Below, piece by piece: positions 28,899 through 37,518 of a DNA stretch of 64,000 bases (position 1 is its first letter; each line of letters opens with the position of its first letter). Where the stretch lies: the NCBI GenBank assembly GCA_013360215.1, contig JABWCP010000005.1:1-64000 (forward strand), read 5' to 3'. Under the pieces are notes generated by a model. That model did not search any database. It was not told where the DNA came from and saw only the letters and a list, made by a program, of their open reading frames with translations. The position numbers and the translations under genes were made by a program. This DNA comes from a bacterium (lineage in GTDB: Bacteria; CLD3; SB21).

Positions 28899-30452
28899 AT
28901 GTGTCGATTTATAACGCTATGTTTAATCAATTTATTATTTGTTTTTTCATCACTTCAAGCCGGCGATGGTGATAAAAAACCGCTCAGTGATGTATTGAAA
29001 GGTATTGAAAAAAAACATAATGTTGTTTTCTCTTATGTACCGGCTTTAGTACAAAATGTTCGCGTCAATACACCTTCCGAATCCGATAAACTCAATCGCC
29101 AATTGGATTATGTTTTTGCTCAAACGGATCTCACCTACCGTTTTATCGGAACAAAAGAAATAACGCTATTTAAAAAACCAAAAACCAACAGCAACATTGA
29201 AGCTACGGCGCAAGCGCGTTTGCAAGCCGGAAGATCACGTGCCGGTGAAGCGCTGAGTGCCCTGAATAAAACTTTGGATGGTGAACAAAAATCCGGCGAC
29301 CACGAAGACGATTCATTACCGGCCGATACCACCGTAACCACCGTTAAAAATGAAACATCTCCTTCAGTCGTGACGCCAGCACCCATATCGCCACAAACCG
29401 AAGCGCAAAGCGTAACCGCTGAAAAAACGGAGCCGCAAGACTTGAAAAACCGAAGCGTTCGTAGTGAATTCTTGGGCATGGATTTCGCTCCCACAACACG
29501 CATCGAACCGGCTTACGTGCCCGTGCCGCTGCATGCAATTTCGATCAACATCATTTCTAATCGCCTTGTAAGCATTGAGGGTGTTGAAGTAGGGATTATC
29601 GGAAATTACGACCGGATGTATGTCAACGGATTACAAATCGCCGGCGGAGGAAATCGCGCGTATCTTCATGCACGCGGTCTACAGATCGCCGGAGGTTCCA
29701 ATCAAACAGGTGATTTGTCCGGCGTTCAAATCGCGACCGTCAACATTGCAGACCAAACGAACGGTCTTCAGATCGGTGCAGTCAATATATCCAAAAAAGA
29801 TCATTCCGGGTTACAAATCGGTGCGGGGTATAATCATGCCGAAAATGTACGCGGATTGCAACTTGCTTCGGTCAATGAAGCCGGTCATGTACACGGAATT
29901 CAGATCGCATTGGTCAATCGCGCAAAACAAGTCCATGGCGCACAAATAGGACTGTTTAATTTTGCAGACGAGAACAACGGGATTGCGCTGGGTTTACTCA
30001 ATTTTATTCGCAACGGGCAACATCACGGACGTTTAGCGCACACCGAGCGCGGTTTCAACCATTTTTCTTATACTCACGGCAGCAAATATATGTACACGAT
30101 ATATGATGTAGCCGTTCGCCAACTTCGTGAACCTGCACAATGGGCTCTGGGCGGCGGTATAGGCGCAATAGTTTGGCCCGATCGGCGTTTATCACTCGCT
30201 ATCGAGGCTACGACCCACCAACACAATAAAGATAAATTTTGGGAACACCGACTCAACATGGTAAACACATTAAAAATCACACCTACGATTAAATTACATA
30301 AACACCTATCCGTGTATGCCGGGGCATCAGCCAATGTATGGGTATCGCGTGCTGAAAACGGTTTTTCGGCACCGACGAATGCCTACAATTGGGATTATAA
30401 GCATACCACGATTCGTGCTTGGTGGGGTGGATTGGTCGGAATTCGTTTCTAG
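28899..30452 (+). CDS. Outer-membrane/surface protein: STN-like domain, linker, LA_2272-type G(L/V)QI..(V)N repeats and C-terminal beta-barrel-like region
   Basis: Signal peptide, PLSDVLKGIEKKHNVVFSY (STN-like), about ten GxQxxxxN repeats, aromatic C-terminus GIRF. Confidence 0.7.
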   Translation: MCRFITLCLINLLFVFSSLQAGDGDKKPLSDVLKGIEKKHNVVFSYVPALVQNVRVNTPSESDKLNRQLDYVFAQTDLTYRFIGTKEITLFKKPKTNSNIEATAQARLQAGRSRAGEALSALNKTLDGEQKSGDHEDDSLPADTTVTTVKNETSPSVVTPAPISPQTEAQSVTAEKTEPQDLKNRSVRSEFLGMDFAPTTRIEPAYVPVPLHAISINIISNRLVSIEGVEVGIIGNYDRMYVNGLQIAGGGNRAYLHARGLQIAGGSNQTGDLSGVQIATVNIADQTNGLQIGAVNISKKDHSGLQIGAGYNHAENVRGLQLASVNEAGHVHGIQIALVNRAKQVHGAQIGLFNFADENNGIALGLLNFIRNGQHHGRLAHTERGFNHFSYTHGSKYMYTIYDVAVRQLREPAQWALGGGIGAIVWPDRRLSLAIEATTHQHNKDKFWEHRLNMVNTLKITPTIKLHKHLSVYAGASANVWVSRAENGFSAPTNAYNWDYKHTTIRAWWGGLVGIRF

Positions 30453-30523
30453 TCGATGCCTGAGCAATACAAATAATATGGAGTACGGAGGAAGACGAAA
30501 AAGATTCTGTACCCTTTTGTTTA

Positions 30524-30552
30524 TTGACCGCTTTCTCATGTTGTGATATATT
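30524..30552 (+). promoter_or_regulatory. Putative sigma70 promoter of the ECF sigma gene
   Basis: TTGACC-N17-TATATT. Confidence 0.6.
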
Positions 30553-30591
30553 ATTCTCGTCTCATGAAAACAAGGGAAACTCTACAGGGGT

Positions 30592-31128
30592 ATGACCACC
30601 GAGGAAATTCATCTCTTAACCAAAAAAATTCGCAACTCTGATACTCTGGCTTTTCGTACGTTATTTGATTTTTTCCATCGCCCTCTTTATCATTTTGTGT
30701 TCTATAAAACCTACAATAGGGCACTATCTGAAGATATTGTGCAGGATGTTTTTATTCGATTGTGGGAAAATCGAATCAATCTTCGAGAAGATTTATCCAT
30801 CAAATCCTATCTCTATACGATAGCCGTTAATCTTACTCTCAACAGTATACGTCGTCATACAATTCGTACCGGTGAGGGAATCGAAGATCCTGATACCCAA
30901 CCGCACGAAGAAACACCTCTGTCTGTTTTGGAGAAAAAAGAATTTGAACAACTACTTAATGCTGCGATTCAAAAATTGCCCGAACAAGCACGTATCGTAT
31001 TCATGATGAGTCGCTATGATGACTTATCATATTCAGAAATCTCCGAACGCCTTTCCATTAGTGTTAAAACGGTCGAAGCACACATAGGTAGAGCTTTGAA
31101 GCAATTGCGGGCTACATTAAAACCCTGA
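30592..31128 (+). CDS. ECF RNA polymerase sigma-70 factor (FecI/Bacteroidetes-type)
   Basis: EDIVQDVFIRLWENR, SIKSYLY, LPEQ.R.VF.MSR...LSY.EI...L.ISVKTVE.HI.RAL. Confidence 0.94.
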   Translation: MTTEEIHLLTKKIRNSDTLAFRTLFDFFHRPLYHFVFYKTYNRALSEDIVQDVFIRLWENRINLREDLSIKSYLYTIAVNLTLNSIRRHTIRTGEGIEDPDTQPHEETPLSVLEKKEFEQLLNAAIQKLPEQARIVFMMSRYDDLSYSEISERLSISVKTVEAHIGRALKQLRATLKP

Positions 31129-31254
31129 CCCATTTCCGACACTTATCCTCATTAAAAACAAATTTGTAAAATTTTTTACTTCTGACTAAGGGTTTGTCTT
31201 GTTTAAAGTGTATGGTCTTTGGAGGTTGTTTAATTTACTAATCAGGAGGATAAC

Positions 31255-31680
31255 ATGAAAAGGGATTTTCTTTCGTACATATTTATTGTATCCACTTTCT
31301 TTGCACTGGCTAGCTGTAAAGATAAAGAAACAAAAGAACACGATGCCGCATTTTTGGGAACATGGATTTGGCAGGAATCCCGACACGGCGAAGGCAGCAT
31401 GGATAGTGCACCTACAGAAATCGAACGGCTTGGTATATCCGGAGATTCATCCGTAATTACGTTTTACGCAAACGGTACTTTTTTTAATCAGCGTTACGAA
31501 GACGGTGAAGAAGCCGGCGAAGACATGATGCATTGGTACACCAATGGAGGTCGATTTTATGTTGATGATCGTGGCGAAGTCAATTCATTGGGATATTCTA
31601 TTGCCGGAGATTCACTAAAGCTAATCGAATCCGACGATACCTCATGGAGCATAGAAATCTATATTAAACAAAATGAATAA
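31255..31680 (+). CDS. Lipocalin-like lipoprotein
   Basis: Lipobox LASC, FLGTW motif, ITFYANGTF, YSIAGDSLKL. GGAGG RBS. Confidence 0.7.
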   Translation: MKRDFLSYIFIVSTFFALASCKDKETKEHDAAFLGTWIWQESRHGEGSMDSAPTEIERLGISGDSSVITFYANGTFFNQRYEDGEEAGEDMMHWYTNGGRFYVDDRGEVNSLGYSIAGDSLKLIESDDTSWSIEIYIKQNE

Positions 31681-31682
31681 CC

Positions 31683-32639
31683 ATGAGTGAAAATTACTAT
31701 CACCAAGACGGCTTTATCGGCCGTTGGATCGCGGGTGCATTGACCGACGAAGAAAAAAAAGAATTTGAGCTATGGCAAAAAAACAACAACCATCGGCAAG
31801 AGTTTTTCAATGAATTAACAAAAATTCATTGGTCACAAAAATCCTTAGAGATCCCAAAGGCTTCCTCCGAGCGCATGTGGAGTGCTATCGCTGAAGCAAC
31901 AACATCCAAACAGGTTTCACGAAGGTGGGTTAGAAACACAACGCAATGGGCTGCAACCATAGCCGCAAGCATTGTCATCTACTTTGGGTTGGAATCTCAA
32001 TTCGCTTACAGAGAAATAACAACTTCAAAAGCACAACAAACCGAAATCGTATTACCCGACGGCTCTATAGCAAGACTCAATGGGCTATCTTCAATTCGCT
32101 ATAACTCCTGGCGATGGCCGTTAACGCGCAGCGTCACTATGCATGGCGAAGTGTATTTTGAAGTGCAAAAAATGAAACAACCTTTTAATGTCACTGCTGA
32201 AAACCTGAATGTGGAGGTTTTGGGAACCAAATTTAATATAAGGGATCGTGCAGACCGCTCAGAAGTCGTCTGTTCATCCGGAAAGGTACGCGTAAACGCA
32301 AGGAACAGTTCAGAAAATACGATTCTGACGCCGGGTCTCGCCGTAAGTATGCATCGGGGGCATTTTTCTATGCCGTATTCTATAGATACGGTGCTAGTCG
32401 CAGGATGGTCGCAAGGAATATGGAACTATCAATCAGCGCCGATTTATTCGATCTTAAACGATTGGGAGATCACCTATGGACTAACCATTACTATGGATAG
32501 CATAGATACCAAACGCACTTTCACCGGATTGATCCACGGTTCATCCAGTCTTAGCGCTTTAACACAATTAGGATTATCCGCCGGTTTTGAAACCACAATC
32601 GTCAATGATTCTACTTTTTTTTTAAAACTTAAAAAATAA
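31683..32639 (+). CDS. FecR-family anti-sigma factor
   Basis: N-terminal LT.EE..EFE.W, single TM, LPDGS...LN..S, GEVYFEV.K...PF.V, VEVLGTKFN. Confidence 0.92.
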   Translation: MSENYYHQDGFIGRWIAGALTDEEKKEFELWQKNNNHRQEFFNELTKIHWSQKSLEIPKASSERMWSAIAEATTSKQVSRRWVRNTTQWAATIAASIVIYFGLESQFAYREITTSKAQQTEIVLPDGSIARLNGLSSIRYNSWRWPLTRSVTMHGEVYFEVQKMKQPFNVTAENLNVEVLGTKFNIRDRADRSEVVCSSGKVRVNARNSSENTILTPGLAVSMHRGHFSMPYSIDTVLVAGWSQGIWNYQSAPIYSILNDWEITYGLTITMDSIDTKRTFTGLIHGSSSLSALTQLGLSAGFETTIVNDSTFFLKLKK

Positions 32640-32652
32640 ATTTTATTACTTC

Positions 32653-35367
32653 ATGAACTTCTATCGGGTCTTTTTTGTAGCTTTTTTTTACACGATTTAT
32701 CTAACTTTTGCTCAGGAGAAGGAGATTGCTTCTTCCTCTGCTCAAAGTGCCATATCTCTCAAACAAGCCGTCGCAGAATTGGAGTTACGGTACCATGTGC
32801 GATTTTCATATGTTGACCAGACCATAGCAAAATATACTGTCCGTACTCCGATCAAAGGCGATGATTTGCAACAATCCTTAGAGTATATATTGATCGGTAA
32901 ACCACTCGCATACAAACGCATCGGAAAAAATATTATCGTTTTGTATGAAGACGACACAAAAAAGCAAGAAGCTTCAGGTCAGTTCACATCTGTTCGCCTA
33001 ACGATCGTTGATGCACGTACGTCAGAGGGGATTTATTTTGCCAACGTAACAATCTCCGGTAGTCGTCGCGGGGCATTGAGCGATGCACATGGCCAAGCTG
33101 TAGTTCAGCACATTCCTTACGGGGATTACACACTCCGTATAACAGCATTAGGTTATTTGCCTTTGGACAAGGCGTTGCATCTTTCATCTCAAGAAATCTC
33201 TCTGGATACGATACGTCTCGAACCCAGCGACATTCGATTGGACTCCACTATCGTCTTTGGTGAAAGGGAAACATGGCGTGTCAGTGATCCCAAATTGCGC
33301 GTTCAACCCAGCGTCATCGTTATTGATCACCGAAAAATCAACTCAACACCGAGCGTTCTTGAGCCTGATCTTTTTAGAACCTTGCAAACACTACCCGGCG
33401 TCACCGCTCCCAACGATCTATCCAACGAACTGTATGTGCGCGGAGGAACCCCGGATCAAAATCTAATCACAATGGATCGCGCTATTGTATATCAACCATA
33501 TCACCTTTTCGGTATAGCCGGTATATTTAATACTGACGCTATCGAACAAGTGAACTTTTCCACCGGTGGTTTTTCAGCACAATACGGCAATCGTCTGAGC
33601 TCTGTAATTGATGTACGCACTAAATCGGCTTCACCAAATAAGTTCTCGGCCACGGGTAATGTCAGTTTGCTCAGTTCCAAAATCACGATGGATGGTCAAC
33701 CCAACAAACATTGGTATTACCTCGTTTCTTTGCGTCGGACCTATTTAGATTTTGCCACCAAAGCGGCGGTATGGTTAAAAATAGCTCCGGAATCAATCCC
33801 TTATTCTTTTTATGACGGACTGAGCAAAGTAGTGTACCGTCCGAATACACTGCACGAATTTGGAACTTCATTATTTTTCAGCCAAGATAAATTTTTTTCA
33901 AAGCACAGGGATTATGAATATGTCTTCAACGAATTTAATGTCAGTCGGAAGTTACCTATGTATAGCGTCGGCCGCCTTGACTATGGCTGGGGAAATTTAA
34001 ATGCTGCTATTTATTGGGACTGGCAGGCGGGAGATCTTTTCCGATCGCGAGTTACGATCAGTCAATCCAAAGCTACAATCAAACTGGATGAAGACCTCTA
34101 TTACGGGTATGACAGCGGTGCGCCAGATTCGATCCGTCGGCGGACAGATAGCCTTAATGCATTACAGGAAAAGCGTCCTTTTGATACGCGAAACTATATC
34201 GTAGATCGAGGGTTCGCATGGGATACACAATGGGAATGGTTAAATGAACACAGTATGTATCTGGGCGTTTCACTTAACTTGATCGAAATGTCCTATTACT
34301 GGAAAAACTTTAACGCACCACCGCATTATGTACAAGTGTTTTACGATTTTGCGCCGGACAGCTTTCGTTATCAGCGTCGCACAACTAATCTCGCATTTTA
34401 TATCGAAGACATGTGGAAAAAAGGTGACTGGACGATCAAACCGGGTATTCGAATAGAACATTTTTCAAGCAACAAACGATCTCTATTGATAAGCCCGCGT
34501 ACGGCGATTCGGTATGATGTCTCGCCCAAACTAGCGCTCAAAGGAAGCGCCGGCATATATTATCAGTCTCTTTTTACTGCGCGCGAGCGCGGCTATATCG
34601 GTTTTTTAGAAGTGCCTTTCTCCACTGAAAATCAGGTTGAAAAAGCAACTCACATCATTGCAGGTGGTGAATTTTTTCCAAATCCCAACATTAGGCTGAC
34701 GGCAGATATCTATTTCAAACATTTTAATCGTCTTTACCGAAAAGACCGCTCATCGGATAGCCTTCACTTTGATGAAGGCGTCGGTGACGCATACGGATTA
34801 GAAATCACCTACCGGCGAATAGGCAATAAAATGAGTTTTGAGGCCGATTATTCTTTAGCCTGGGTTACACGCACATTTGACCAAAAGACATATGTCACTA
34901 ACTATGATCAGCGTCATACATTAAATTTACTCTTCAGTTATCGCTTGCCAAAAAACTGGACTGTGGATGCACGATGGGTTCTAGCTTCAGGTCGTGCCTA
35001 CCGACCGACGGAGTTTTATGGCGCTTTTGTTGACATTAATCTGTTCGATGGTAGTGTTGGAACATCGCCATATGCGTATGAATTTGGGCAAAAAAATTTA
35101 GATCACTTGGAGTTTTACGACCGATACCCCTTCTATCATCGTCTCGACATTAGCTTAGTTAAAACGATCCGATTTAACGCATGGACATTAAAACCTTATG
35201 TTTCCATTATCAACACGTATTACTCCAACAACCCTTTGTTTTATGATTATGCTACCAGTGGAAGTGTGATCACTAATGAACCTGATCCTCGCCGCTTGTA
35301 TTATTCCAAACGAAAAGGTTACGGAGTTCCTATTTTGCCAAGTTTCGGAGCATTTTTCGAGTTCTAG
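32653..35367 (+). CDS. TonB-dependent receptor/transducer with STN and carboxypeptidase-regulatory-like domains
   Basis: STN-like N-terminus, plug (EPDLFRTLQTLPGV, YVRGGTPDQN, GGFSAQYGNRLSSV), barrel with YHRLD, C-terminal FEF. Confidence 0.92.
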   Translation: MNFYRVFFVAFFYTIYLTFAQEKEIASSSAQSAISLKQAVAELELRYHVRFSYVDQTIAKYTVRTPIKGDDLQQSLEYILIGKPLAYKRIGKNIIVLYEDDTKKQEASGQFTSVRLTIVDARTSEGIYFANVTISGSRRGALSDAHGQAVVQHIPYGDYTLRITALGYLPLDKALHLSSQEISLDTIRLEPSDIRLDSTIVFGERETWRVSDPKLRVQPSVIVIDHRKINSTPSVLEPDLFRTLQTLPGVTAPNDLSNELYVRGGTPDQNLITMDRAIVYQPYHLFGIAGIFNTDAIEQVNFSTGGFSAQYGNRLSSVIDVRTKSASPNKFSATGNVSLLSSKITMDGQPNKHWYYLVSLRRTYLDFATKAAVWLKIAPESIPYSFYDGLSKVVYRPNTLHEFGTSLFFSQDKFFSKHRDYEYVFNEFNVSRKLPMYSVGRLDYGWGNLNAAIYWDWQAGDLFRSRVTISQSKATIKLDEDLYYGYDSGAPDSIRRRTDSLNALQEKRPFDTRNYIVDRGFAWDTQWEWLNEHSMYLGVSLNLIEMSYYWKNFNAPPHYVQVFYDFAPDSFRYQRRTTNLAFYIEDMWKKGDWTIKPGIRIEHFSSNKRSLLISPRTAIRYDVSPKLALKGSAGIYYQSLFTARERGYIGFLEVPFSTENQVEKATHIIAGGEFFPNPNIRLTADIYFKHFNRLYRKDRSSDSLHFDEGVGDAYGLEITYRRIGNKMSFEADYSLAWVTRTFDQKTYVTNYDQRHTLNLLFSYRLPKNWTVDARWVLASGRAYRPTEFYGAFVDINLFDGSVGTSPYAYEFGQKNLDHLEFYDRYPFYHRLDISLVKTIRFNAWTLKPYVSIINTYYSNNPLFYDYATSGSVITNEPDPRRLYYSKRKGYGVPILPSFGAFFEF

Positions 35368-35369
35368 TT

Positions 35370-36302
35370 ATGAGAAAAAAATCGACAATAATACTGATGT
35401 TTGCTATTTCACTGAGTGCCGCATGTAATTCAAATCACTCCAATGAATTTCTGGGTGCTTTTGGTGTCTTGATGCCGTATGCCTCCGAAAATGCAACGGT
35501 CATAGTAACGCGCGCCTACAGCCAGGAAAACTATCAAGAATTTATACCCGAAGAACTTCTGACTTTGGAATCCAATGCCGAGGTTACCATTACGAGTGAT
35601 TCGCAGAGCATTAGACTTTCGGAAGTGATACCAGGGCGCTATATAGATACAGCAGGAGTGTTAAAATATTTCCCCGGCTCCATCTATCGACTCGAAGTTC
35701 GAGCCGTGGACGGCCTGCGCATAAGCGCAGAATGTACGCTTCCGGGTGTACCGATTCCTGATCCGGAAATAACTCCCGATAGCTTTTCTGTCGCGATAGA
35801 AATGGATACAGTCCGCCGAGTCGTCTCCGGATATCCTTATCCTGTTTTGACGCCGCTATATTACCTTCGTTCTCCCAAAATACGATTTGATTGGAGTGAT
35901 GTTATTGGCGCTGAAGCCTACTATTGGGAGATTGGTTCTGATACATCGTATCTTAAAGAATCTGATCAAGAATTTTTCATACCAAACTCAAAATTATTTC
36001 AGGCCGAAAAATGGATCACGTATTCATCGTTAGTATTATTTGATCACTGGGATTCTACTAGCTATAGAGGCATTTATAATAAGCCGGATAACCCCTGGAC
36101 ATGGAGCGGCTTCAATATCGATTCGGAAAGGGAGTTTGTTTATACATCACAACTCCGTATTACCGCCATAGACCGAAATTTCATTAACTATAAGGATAAT
36201 CACAAATCTAACATCCGCGGTGGATACGGGTATTTTAGTGCCGCCACAAGGCATGAACGACCGATAACCGTCCATGTCAAATCAGAAATGAGGACACGAT
36301 GA
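35370..36302 (+). CDS. DUF4249-like lipoprotein partner of the TBDR
   Basis: Lipobox SAAC, A.V.I, PG..YRLEV, C-terminal SNIRGGYGYFSA. Confidence 0.75.
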   Translation: MRKKSTIILMFAISLSAACNSNHSNEFLGAFGVLMPYASENATVIVTRAYSQENYQEFIPEELLTLESNAEVTITSDSQSIRLSEVIPGRYIDTAGVLKYFPGSIYRLEVRAVDGLRISAECTLPGVPIPDPEITPDSFSVAIEMDTVRRVVSGYPYPVLTPLYYLRSPKIRFDWSDVIGAEAYYWEIGSDTSYLKESDQEFFIPNSKLFQAEKWITYSSLVLFDHWDSTSYRGIYNKPDNPWTWSGFNIDSEREFVYTSQLRITAIDRNFINYKDNHKSNIRGGYGYFSAATRHERPITVHVKSEMRTR

Positions 36303-37411
36303 GCACTTTACGCCGTATCGTTATCATGGCATGTCTTTGCCTATATTGGACAGCTTGCAGTGAAGAAAAGAATCAATCCAACGACGATCAACAGGTGCCT
36401 CACTTTGAATGGGACCCCGGCTCTGCCGCCACAAGGCCAGTCGAAATAGCTCCGTATAGCGATGGTAATATCGCTATTCTTTGCGACCACTATGATCTTA
36501 ACCGTTCAAGCTTGACTGGATTTGCTCCTGACGGAACTATTCGTTTCCAAAAACAATTACCTGCTTATTACGGGGTAGCAAACGAATTAGATTATAACAA
36601 TGGTGTTTTTACCTTCGTTTTGAATCCCACAAGAGTTGGTTCAAATCCACTTTTCATGCAAGTAGACACTACCGGAAATGTGATTAATCAAAAGCAGTTT
36701 GTACAAACAGCATACACGTCTATGTATAAACTGAACAGCGGCGGCTATATGATAAGAGCAGCAACAGCAGATTCGTTTAAAAACAAAATCGGCAAACTGG
36801 ATGACGATGGCGACATTTTGTGGGAGAAGGAAATATCGAGGAATTATACTACCCTTTATGTCGTGGATGATCGCGTATTCGTGAGTTATTTTAATACGGA
36901 TAATACGTCATATTTTATGTCATCTTTTGATGAGTTTGGTAACGTACTTTGGACAACGGAACTTTCAACACTAGCTCAGCCACTGATATGCAAAATCGCA
37001 AATCAAGATTATCGAATTACCGGTCTGCTCTATAATCAATACAAGTATAGATTTGATCGTTTGACCATTAGTGTGATGGATCAAGATGGCGTTATAACAC
37101 CGTTGGATACCATCCCATTAAACGGCACGTCAGATTTTTACGCGTTAGAGAGCCTGGTTGCCGGTGAGTTAGTGCTGGTAGGACGGTGGAGCGGTACTAG
37201 TAAACTTTTATTTATGAGGATTATGAACGATGGATCGTGGATTGATTCGTATATCGTTCCCGATTTGAATGATTTTACCCACTACAGAGTGCGACCTACC
37301 GGAAATGGCGCGTATCTTATTATGGGGACAACTTATCAGAGTTCGACGGGACTACCGACCGTTATGGTCTATAAAGTAGACGCATACGGAAATTATTTAG
37401 CGTTCGATTGA
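36299..37411 (+). CDS. Uncharacterised lipoprotein with beta-propeller-like repeats
   Basis: Lipobox WTAC, repeated (K/V)(L/V)D..G(N/D).(L/I)W motifs. 4-bp overlap with the previous gene. Confidence 0.7.
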   Translation: MSTLRRIVIMACLCLYWTACSEEKNQSNDDQQVPHFEWDPGSAATRPVEIAPYSDGNIAILCDHYDLNRSSLTGFAPDGTIRFQKQLPAYYGVANELDYNNGVFTFVLNPTRVGSNPLFMQVDTTGNVINQKQFVQTAYTSMYKLNSGGYMIRAATADSFKNKIGKLDDDGDILWEKEISRNYTTLYVVDDRVFVSYFNTDNTSYFMSSFDEFGNVLWTTELSTLAQPLICKIANQDYRITGLLYNQYKYRFDRLTISVMDQDGVITPLDTIPLNGTSDFYALESLVAGELVLVGRWSGTSKLLFMRIMNDGSWIDSYIVPDLNDFTHYRVRPTGNGAYLIMGTTYQSSTGLPTVMVYKVDAYGNYLAFD

Positions 37412-37418
37412 TACCGCC

Positions 37419-37447
37419 TTGAATTTCTTCTTTCACTCTCGTATTAT
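37419..37447 (+). promoter_or_regulatory. Putative sigma70 promoter of tex
   Basis: TTGAAT-N17-TATTAT. Confidence 0.5.
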
Positions 37448-37518
37448 TGCCCGCCGAAAATAATCATTTTAAAATTATCAGGCGTATTTTCCATTTCTTA
37501 ATCAGGAGTTTTGATCGC

